From a virus (lineage: Duplodnaviria; Caudoviricetes), in IMG/VR virus record IMGVR_UViG_3300043821_000026, positions 64,001 to 128,000 of that record: DNA of 64,000 nt, one strand, 5' to 3'. Below the pieces are notes generated by a model, which had not been told where the DNA came from, did no database searches, and was given only the letters and a program-made list of their open reading frames with translations. Below are positions 54,401 to 64,000 of this stretch, one piece after another. A program made the position numbers and the translations under genes. Within the stretch, counting starts at the first letter, position 1. Each line of letters begins with the position of its first letter.

Positions 54401-57400
54401 GAACCTTTTTGACATTGGATAAAACTATTACCATCAATAGCACCCATTTTTAAATAAGGACATTCTAGACAACTTTTTATATATATTTCATTTTGTATCA
54501 ATTAATCATCTCCTATATAGTATATTGACTCAATACTATTATATTTAACCTTTAATTCAACATCATCAGTTGTAATAATGAAATAATGATGTTTAAAAAC
54601 AATTCCGAAATCTTTTCTATCTGCTTCAAAAAAACCATCATAAAAGTTTATTTGAATATTGCAGTCTTCATGTGCATTTTCGCACAAATTCATTAATCTA
54701 TCTTTGTTTGTTTCAAATACTTTTTCGTTATCTTCAATTTTCATTTTTATCATCTCTTTCTTTAAAATATGGACACTTTGGATAAAATGTTGTTTCCATA
54801 TTCTCATAATAATCTACTGCTTCATTAATCACTTGAGATTGATGTTTTATCAAGTGAGCTTTAGCCCCTTGTTTGTATTCTTTCTTTGTGTTCGCAATTA
54901 GGAATGAGATAAATTTGTCATTATCTGAAGGATTTTCCTTTTCATTTAATTGCTTTTGCAATCGATTTAATTTATACATAACATACCAAGTACCAAAATT
55001 ATCGAAGCTTCCTTTCACATAATTAATCGGTGCATTGAAAAATGTTTTTATCTGTTGTTTCATATACATTCACCACTCATAATATATTCTTGAGGAACAA
55101 TTTTTAAAGTTTGTTTATTTATGACTATAATATCTTCACAATCTAAGTTCTTTTTTAATTGCTTTAAGAAAGTTAAAGATAGTATAACTTCTGTATGATA
55201 TAAGTCTACTATAATTTCATCATTTCCATTTACATAGCAATTAAAGTCTACCAATGTAAGGTTTTCATCTGAATAGATACTTGTATATGTTTCATATACA
55301 GTACTATTTATAAAACCTGTAAGACTTTCTATACTTTGTAGCATTTTCTTTTTTTGTATCTGCATATTATGATATTCTAAATTGGTTAGATTATTAGTCA
55401 TTTTTATCACCTATTAAGTTATTTAAATCTTTTAGTTTATTTGAAACTCCCTCTAATTCTTCAAGTATATCTGATTTAGTTGTTGGAATGATAAATCCAG
55501 TTATCATTATCCAACTAAATATATACACACCATCTTCAGTCTTAACTTAGGATAATAAAAGGCTTATTTTTATCCATCATTTCAAATGTTTCTTTTAAAT
55601 CTTCATAAAACTCACTATTAGCTAACATTTATTCCACCTCTATTTCATAAATACTTATAATTTCATCAATCATACATTCTGCAATAAATTCAATATCATT
55701 ATTTATAGATGTTTCATCGTATAAATCTTTACTATCAAAGAATAATGATAATTCATTTTGGCATAACAAAGCATTTTGTGATATTAATGCTTTATTCATA
55801 GCTATATCATTATATTCATCACTATTAGCTATATTATTAATTCTATCACTTATTACTTTTAAGAGATAACAATTTTCCCATGTACCACCATATCCTACAT
55901 TTAATGCAGTATTTTTATTATCAATACTAAAATCCATTCCATTTTTATATTCTATTATTGTAATCATTTTATTCACCATCTATGAATATTCTAATTTCTT
56001 TTAAATTTATTAAACTAATTTCTGCAACAACATCATTTTGGTCTCTAAAAACAACATAATTTTCTGAGAAGTGTTTTCTTCTTAAGTAGATATTGTCGCA
56101 ATTTAATTCAACACCATTTGCAACAATAAGAGTATTATGAGGAAATACAAGATAGTATTCCTCATCAATAAAGAAATGATTAACTGTTGGGCAGTTTAAT
56201 ATAATTCTTTCATTTAATTCTTTTATGTTTTTAATTTTATTTGTAGTAAGTAATATACTCATTGTTTCACATCCCTATCTATATATTTTAATGCAAACTT
56301 ACTAGCTTCTTCTTGGTCTTTAAAACCTGATATATTAAAGGAATATGATTTAAATATCATTTGTACGACTCCTTTTCGTTTTGAATTTACACTAATAGGA
56401 ATATCCTTATAACTTGGATTATATTGTTCTGATAATTTACCATCCTCATTTTCATTTATTTGTCTTCCAATGGAATAATTATATACTAAACCATGTAATA
56501 GCTTATGTTCTTCCATTTGAATAAAGTTCTGAGTCACTTCGCCCTCAATAAATAATGGAATGCTTGGGTCATTATTGTTTTTATAATATAAAGTTAATTT
56601 AGTCATATTATTCCTCCTGCATTCGTATTTTCATTTGTTTAGTATTAAAAATATCATCTGTATCTTCATCTGCAAAACTACAGTTTAATGTTTTGCCAAT
56701 TTCATCATTATTTAATTCAAATGCCATTATAATACCTCCAATAATTCATTTTCTAAATCTTCTAAATAACTTTTTAACACAATATATTCATCAGGATATA
56801 ACTTAACTGCTTCATTTTGTGCATTAAGGAATGGAAATATATTATATTCTTTTTTAATGGTATCAAAAAACTTTACGATATCTGAGATATCATATAAGTC
56901 AGGATTGATTTCATCATAAATTTTAATTTTATAATTAAAATCATGTACTTTTATAAAAACTTCTTTTACATTACTTCTGTTTATGTTACTATCTTCAATT
57001 ATCATTTAATTCAACTCCATTATATTATTTCAAATGTTATTTCTTGTTCTTTGTTTAATAAATCTTTAATATCATTTAACTGTGTTATTTCCTTTTCTGT
57101 AAAAAATTGTGTTGGTTTTGCATCTTTAATCCAATCATTTTCAATAAATATTTCTCCTCCTGTATAATCTTCATTTGTATTATCGCATCCATTTTGTGCT
57201 AATAAATCAATTACATTAAGTCCTACAATTCCATATTCTTTAATCATATCTTTATCTTTAATTACTAAATGTTCCATAAAATCACCTTTTAATATATATT
57301 AAGTCATGATTAGATATTAATTATCCAATCATGATGTATATTTTAACACCTTTGCTATTTTTAGTTATAATAAAATCTATTCCCTCATCATTTAAGAAAG

Positions 57401-57755
57401 GCTTCAAGTTATCTGCTTGAAGCTTTCCCATGCACCATTCATGCATTTCACAATGTTTAATAATTGTATCCATTTTATCTTCAGTTTTAATGTTAACTGT
57501 TTGATTAAACCATTCTTTAAAATTAAGATATCTTCTGTAAGAATTTCTGTAATAAGTGGATAAGGTTATAGTATCCTTATCACTTAGTAAATATTGTTTT
57601 TGAACATCTTTTAATGTATTATACTTTTCATATACATGAAAAGTACCCAATAAGCATTCAGTATAACTTTTTGCTTTAGAATTAAATCCTTGTTTAAGAT
57701 AAGGACAATCTCCACAACAATGTACTATAATATTAACAGTTTCTATTAATAACAC
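51492..57755 (-). CDS. Region containing four paralogs (51492-52037, 53134-53721, 53926-54501, 57321-57755) among other small ORFs
   Basis: Shared 'I.(H)SC..CPY(F/L)...C....F' N-terminus and 'LQ..YLL...D...L...Y......F..W' domain. Confidence 0.7.
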
Positions 57756-59276
57756 CTACTCCAATCTTTTAATATATCCTTTAATTTCACTTTCATCTAA
57801 TCCACGATTAAAAACAAAAGGTCTAATTTCATTTTTTTTCATTTCGAATGTAAATTCAATAATATTTATTTGTGTAAAAATTTCATCAATATTATGAAAT
57901 TTATCATAATATTGTAATATATTGATTAATAACCCATCATGGAATAGATAGAAATTAATATCACCATTATATTCAACGGCTTTAAATACAATATCTTGTT
58001 CATTTTTATTATCATAATGAATACCATATGTTTGTATTTCATAATTAAGCCAATAATCTTCAACATCTAAGAGTTTGGCAATATCTAATAGTGTATCGTA
58101 GTTATTTAATAGAATATTATCAATATTAAAGTATTTTTTTACATCTTTTTTAATTTGTTTTAAATCATTATCTTCTTCTCCTAATCTTAATATTTCTATT
58201 TTATATTGAGATGGTGGAAGCATTACATATTCAGGTAATCTTTCACCACTTATATCTCCAGTACATACGTTTAATTCGCATATACCGTTATTAAAGTCAT
58301 TTTTCATAGAAAAAGCAATATCACAAACTTTATCTAAGTTTTTTGATAGTTCTGCTAATGTATTATATAATCCTATGTATCCAAACATATTTTATCACCT
58401 AATATATTCTTTTAATATTTACTACATCATATACAGTTGGGTTAAAAGACTCAAATAAAGACATATAAGCAAATAAGCTTAAAAAATCTGTATAAGTACC
58501 TACAAAATCAGTAAACCATTTTGGTAATATATCTGAATGTAAATTGTATTCCTGCAATTGGTTAGTGCTATCGTAGAAACTTAATGTTTCTGTTTCCCAA
58601 TCTATATTAATAACTATTGTTTCTAATGTATTTCTATTTATTATTTCAAATTCTTCTATTGGTTCTTTATCTATTGTTTTAGTTTTCATTTTATCACCTA
58701 TTCTAATTCGTGTTCTACATAGGATACAATATCTGTACCTAATTCTGACATAACGGCGTACCATTCAGGAGTATTTAACAATCGTTCTAATTTTGTATGT
58801 TCAAAGTGATGAATAAAATATTCTGAAACTTCTATTGGGTCATCTAACCAATCATTAGAGAAGTAATATTCATAATTACCATTTCCATCTCCGTTAAATT
58901 CCCAATCAAGTATTTTTAAACATAATTCATAAATGAAACAATAATCTTTTGTTAATCCTTTTTCTAATATTTTGGATATTAATATTGGATTACTATATAT
59001 TTTCATAAAACTATCTTCAATTTCAGAGTTAATATTTTTAATATCAACATCATTGAGGGTTGCATAATAAACTCCCATTACTCCTTGTATTTCATCTTTA
59101 GGTTCATGTAAGGTTATTATATCGTTTTTAACACTTAATAATTCATCAACTAAATCTTTTCTGAAATTATTTCTCCAATTAAACATAATTGAATTTAAAT
59201 GTGTACTGTTGATAATGATTTCATCATTAATTACATCATTTATTTCAAATTCTTCAAATATCATAATATCACTCCT

Positions 59277-59759
59277 TTAATAAAATAATTCAAGGTTGTG
59301 CATAATTCCATCGAAAATTATATCATTAGCATTTTGCATTTTACTAATTTCCATATTATATATTTCTATATATTTATTACCATCTATTTTAAATACGTAG
59401 AAAGTCATATTTTTTTCATTAATGATATATAACCATTCAATATCACAATGTACGGAATTATCAATACCATATCCTAAAAAGTCATTTAATTCTTTAATAT
59501 CTTTCCTATTGGTATCCATAATGTAACTTAAAAACCATGCACTTAAATATCTAACACTAAAAATTCTATTTTTTGCTCCTTCGGTTTCAAAAAACTCTTT
59601 AATAAGTTTTCCAACTACTGTTGGGTATCCATCACTATGTTTATAAATGTTACAATATGTTTGTTTGCATAATGTTTTTACATTTAATCCAATTCTTTTA
59701 TTTCTTACTCCTTGTTCGTTAATATCTCTTGTCCATAATATTTGACTTCTAGTACTCAT
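59277..59759 (-). CDS. Conserved phage hypothetical protein (MSTRS...Y.H.DGYP...EW.Y family)
   Basis: Characteristic motif string; GAGGTG RBS before MSTRS. Confidence 0.6.
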   Translation of the reverse strand: MSTRSQILWTRDINEQGVRNKRIGLNVKTLCKQTYCNIYKHSDGYPTVVGKLIKEFFETEGAKNRIFSVRYLSAWFLSYIMDTNRKDIKELNDFLGYGIDNSVHCDIEWLYIINEKNMTFYVFKIDGNKYIEIYNMEISKMQNANDIIFDGIMHNLELFY

Positions 59760-61030
59760 ATTTACACCTCTATTTTTAATATACAATATCCATTCCAACT
59801 TTCATTAATTAAGAAAGAAATTACTTCAGTATCTTCTACACTCCATTCATTATTTGATATATCCAATAAACTATCATGACTTATAAAGATATTACCCCCA
59901 CCATCAGAGTCTATTTGAGGACTGCCATATTTAAATAGTTGTATTCCTAATTTTTCAGATGTAATAATATCTTCATGTCTAATATAGATTGTTAGTTTTG
60001 TATAGTCATCAAATACTTCATTGTTATGTATGGTTACTAGTTTAAAATTCATTTTATTTACTCCAATATTTTATTTACTTCAGATAATAAGGCTTGGGTT
60101 ATTATATATTTTTTAGGTATCTTAGTTTCTGAAGCTATTTTATTTAATTTTGTTTTAGTTTCTGCACTTAAATAAAATCCTATTCGATTTATTCCAACAT
60201 TTCTAGTATTATAAATACTTAATTTGTTATTAAAAACATCTTCAAGACCTTTAGTTAATATTTGACTTTGATTTAAGTTTGTTACTTCAATTGCTCTTAT
60301 TAGTTTATACATTTGTTCTGTACTTAATTCTGTATCTACTATCATTTTATCCTCCATTTAATTAAACAATATAATTCCGAATACAATATATATTAATACT
60401 ATAGTTCCTACTTCAAATAACATTTTCCCACCTCCTCCGTTTCTGTATAAATAAATTTATCATTTTTTAAATATAATAAATATTTATAATTTTGTTTTTG
60501 TAATTTTTTTTTAATTAATTTTTTATCACCTTCATTAATAATAATGTTATTATATACTTCTATTGACTTAATAATGTTATTGGAATTAATAATACGGCTT
60601 CGTAACTCCACCACGACTATATATTTCAATACCGATACCTGCATATCCACAGATATTACAACATATATCTCTTATATCTCCGTTATCTTCTCTAACTACT
60701 CTTATATTACTCATTCCACAATTAGGACAATATCCATCTTCTTCTTCAAATCTAACCATTTAAATCACCTAAATTTCGAAAATAACAAATTCATCTTCAT
60801 TATCAGGATAAAGACTTGCTTTATTTTCTTCTTTTTTTATTTTATTAATATCATTAAATCCTTCTGCTACAATATTAAAAATATAGCTAATTAAATCTTC
60901 TATTATCATATTTCACCTATAAAATCATATTCCTAAATAATCTATTTTATATATTTTAGGAATATTATATTTTTTATTAATTTTTTCATTTTTTTCTATT
61001 TCATCTAAACATAAAAAAATATCTTCATTA

Positions 61031-61468
61031 TTATATTTGAGTTGTTTTAATACCTTTTGTTTGTTCTTCATAATTAAATTCTCCATATTTAATATATTTA
61101 TTATAATATTTGCCTAAGCTTTCTGCATTAACCCATTCAACTGCTTGTTTTACGTTAATAGAATATATATAAAAGTCATTCTTATGGTTTTGGAATGATA
61201 TTTTAATTCCAGTTGTGCCATCTTTATATACTAATTGCATACTATGTATCGCAGAGCTTCTGTATTTAGGAAATTTTATACCTTTAATAAGTAACTTAAC
61301 ATCAATACGGAATAGTTGCTTTTTTTTAAGATTGTTTTGTGTATTAATTCTTTTTTTTCTTTCTATAAGTTCTTTTTGTTGATAGGAAGCTATTGAAATA
61401 GCTCCCTTATTTATATTTTTATCTATACTGTTTTGTTCTAATTTTTCATATATACTCATTTTAATCAC
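61031..61468 (-). CDS. KTSC-domain protein
   Basis: 'SSAI......I.F.....Y.Y.........A.SLGKYYN..IK'. Confidence 0.75.
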   Translation of the reverse strand: MIKMSIYEKLEQNSIDKNINKGAISIASYQQKELIERKKRINTQNNLKKKQLFRIDVKLLIKGIKFPKYRSSAIHSMQLVYKDGTTGIKISFQNHKNDFYIYSINVKQAVEWVNAESLGKYYNKYIKYGEFNYEEQTKGIKTTQI

Positions 61469-62063
61469 CTATAAATCGTTAAAAACTACGTAGTCATTAC
61501 CATCATTAATTGTACGGTCTATAGCTTTATTTAAATTATCAATAATTTCTTTTGATAATATTTCTTCTTCTTCTACGATAAATTCTAATAAGTCATCAAT
61601 TTCTATTTCAAAAAATCCTACACCATCAGAATTTGTAAAGTCATTTGCATAATCTAATAATGCAGAAAATACTTCAAAATCACTCCATGTATTAAATACA
61701 CAAAAATTTAAATCAGTATCATAAATTATATGTCCATCAGAATACTGTACTGATGTATAATATGCTCTTACACTCATAAACTCACTCCAACCAAAAATAA
61801 ATATCTTTATCTGTAATAGATGGGAAGATAATACATATAAATCTATCTTGCCATTTTTCTATACTTTCTTCAATAGACTCACAATCAAATCTTTGAAGGT
61901 CATTTTTTGTATAAACACTTATGCAGTTTTCTAGGAAGTAAATTAAACTACAATTATACTCTAATTCGAAATATGTATCTACTAATTCTTTAAAATCTAA
62001 TTCAGATACAATATCCTGTATTTCTTTTATCTTTGACATAATATCTCCTTTTTTTTAATTAAT

Positions 62064-62130
62064 GAAGCTAATAGCTTCTTAAACTCCTATCGCAATAGAA
62101 GTTTAAGAAGAGATTATAAATACTCTTCTT
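62064..62130 (-). repeat. Triple-hairpin intergenic element, divergent copy C
   Basis: GAAGCT/AGCTTC, CTTAAACT/AGTTTAAG and AAGAAGAG/CTCTTCTT overlapping inverted repeats. Confidence 0.6.
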
Positions 62131-62967
62131 CGTTATTTAAATAACTTAATTCCTCTTCTAACCAAATAATATCCTCTTCGCATAATATTTCTTCTTCTAA
62201 CCATTCCATATAAATTACTCCTCTTTTTGATTATCTAAATATTCTTTTTCTTCTTTATCATAAAGGAATGTTAAAAACTCCTTATATGATTGATTATTAT
62301 ATAATTTTTCAAACTCTTTTTTAGTTATTAAATAAATACCATCATTATGAATATTATTTAAATAAATTTTTTGTAAATAATCTTTTGATGGTGTTATTGG
62401 ATTATTGCATGGCTCTAATATTATCATTTTAGGTATAGGTTCATCTACATTTGTTTTAAACGTATAATCATTACCGTTTATTTCAAACCCATCTTTATTT
62501 AGAAATATAACTGAATATTTATCATTATTTTTATCTCTATTTATTATCACTCCACATATTTTAGATTTATCAATATATTTGATTTTTTGTGTAATTTCTT
62601 CAGTCCATATATAATCATAGCATAAACTAACTTCTATTTCATGCTCAAACATAAAAATAGAAGCAAATTCATCTTTATTTACTCTTGTAGAATGGACAGA
62701 GAACTCAAAATCATATATATCTTCTTCTAACTCTCTTAATAAATTTTCTTCGAAATTATTGTAATTATAAAAAGTCATTTTTAATCCTCAATTATATAAT
62801 CTTCTAAAAAAGATTTTAAATCATTAACAGAAACATCACAGATGTTTATATTATCTTCAATGTACATAGATTGGAATATAAGATTAATAAGCTTTTCATA
62901 TTCTTCACAATCAATTAAATCTATCATATACTGATAATGATTTCTTAAAAATACCTCATTACCATAT

Positions 62968-63306
62968 TCATTGCCCATATTTAAAATTAATTTCACCACT
63001 ATCTATTAGTTCTCTAATTGTTGTTTTAGGGAAAAATCTATCTCTTTCAATTCCTAAACCAAGTGCATTAGTCATATTTTCTAATTCAGAAAGCATAACT
63101 GTACCAGTTTCCCATACAAGGATATAAGCATATCCGAATAACATATAATCATTGCCAACTTTTTCTGCTCCAATAATATACCATGTACCTGCTCCACATG
63201 GGTCAAAATATTTAACAATTACTTCAGAGTCATCTATAGTGTCTTTATTGCCGTATAAATTTGTATTATCGAATTTCTTTTGAATTTCTTTTGTTAAAAG
63301 TTTCAT
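62968..63306 (-). CDS. DUF2958-family protein
   Basis: 'KYFDP.G.GTWY......FG......E.G...SEL.....GL.IERD'. Confidence 0.75.
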   Translation of the reverse strand: MKLLTKEIQKKFDNTNLYGNKDTIDDSEVIVKYFDPCGAGTWYIIGAEKVGNDYMLFGYAYILVWETGTVMLSELENMTNALGLGIERDRFFPKTTIRELIDSGEINFKYGQ

Positions 63307-63325
63307 TGTATAATCTCCTTATTTT

Positions 63326-63380
63326 CAAGCTTAAGAGCTTGTACAACTCCGAAGAGTTGTACAAGACCATAAGGTCTTGT
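63326..63380 (-). repeat. Triple-hairpin intergenic element, copy A
   Basis: CAAGCT/AGCTTG, GTACAACTC/GAGTTGTAC (cUUCGg loop on - strand), ACAAGACC/GGTCTTGT. Confidence 0.75.
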
Positions 63381-63701
63381 TTAAGCTATTTCTATTCTAT
63401 CAATTATTTCTAATGGATAAACTCCTTTAGTTTCATAGAAATTTGGATAACCAATGTCAATATCTTCTCTAAGGTCGGAAATAGTGATAATTCCATCATT
63501 ATCAATACTGATATTAGATGTTAATCCAAGCATAGCCACTTTATCTGTATTTTTAAAAAATACGTTACAATCTTCACTATGAGAATAAACTAAAGTATGT
63601 TCATTCTCAATAGTAAGTTTTACTTCTTCTCTACTTTCAGGTATACAAATTAAACCGATTGTATTAATTAAATTTTCACTTGTGTACATATTTAATCTCC
63701 T

Positions 63702-63760
63702 TAAGCTCATAATGAGCTTATACAACTCCTAAGAGTTGTATAAGACCATTTGGTCTTATA
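63702..63760 (-). repeat. Triple-hairpin intergenic element, copy B
   Basis: TAAGCTCA/TGAGCTTA, ATACAACTC/GAGTTGTAT, ATAAGACC/GGTCTTAT. Confidence 0.75.
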
Positions 63761-64000
63761 AATTAGTAATTCCTAATTCATCTGCCTCATTTAATAAATA
63801 TGAGTCAGTAATTACTTCAAATAAATAATCATTTATTCTGTTTCTAGCTTCTTTAATACTCATTTCGCCAAATAAATTGACTTCAAAGGTATATAAACCA
63901 TTACTTTTACCTAAACAACAAACATCACTCATTGCACCATCTACATAATGGTCAGAGAGTTTACCATCAAGTTTAGTAACCATATCTTCACCACCTAAAA

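Larger units (their letters stand above)
32289..63983 (-). other. Early/accessory region: dense array of co-oriented small hypothetical ORFs
   Basis: Head-to-tail ORFs with GGTGA/GAGG RBS and overlapping stop/start codons; most + strand ORFs here are antisense shadows. Confidence 0.8.

Noticed and set aside
12283-60894. Short + strand ORFs overlapping long - strand genes (e.g. 12283, 13015, 14819, 18413, 24939, 39122, 44337-45386, 51978, 60544)
   Set aside because: Antisense shadows of well-supported genes; no RBS or motifs.
1-64000. Alternative genetic code or diversity-generating retroelement
   Set aside because: Long genes translate intact in the standard code, no suppressor tRNA is present, and no reverse transcriptase or TR/VR pair was seen.

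Overview
Very AT-rich 64 kb segment of a large head-tail (Caudoviricetes-like) virus that almost certainly infects an archaeon, most likely a Methanobacteriales methanogen. The host call is inference from GGTGA/GAGGTG ribosome-binding sites, BRE-TATA promoters (TTTATATACT), archaeal-type tRNAs, a PriS-PriL primase, an XPF/ERCC4 nuclease and an archaeal-type thymidylate synthase. Layout: (1) 1-9.4 kb, + strand, end of the tail/adhesin module; (2) 9.4-32 kb, mostly - strand, with a five-tRNA operon carrying extra structured RNAs, intein-containing anaerobic RNR (NrdD), dUTPase/dCTP deaminase, an IS110/Nop-domain protein, XPF, HslV-like peptidase, primase, a Cas4/RecB-like nuclease, a split bacterial-type DnaE, ATPase, putative SSB, holin, a degenerate C5-methyltransferase and ThyA; (3) 32-64 kb, - strand, with dozens of small early/accessory ORFs dominated by an expanded CxxC(PY) Cys-module family, plus an SF3 helicase, a DNA methyltransferase, HNH nucleases and a ~0.9 kb non-coding origin/terminus-like region. 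The strongest leads are RNA-centred: two near-identical ~102-bp TnpB omegaRNA/right-end-only insertions, each followed by a different potential guide; a RuvC-less IS110/TasA-like protein inside the replication operon with no adjacent array; a circularly permuted tRNA-elbow RNA; a ~255-nt promoter-to-terminator structured RNA; and a covarying triple-hairpin element found three times between early genes. All assignments come from motif recognition by eye; no searches were run.
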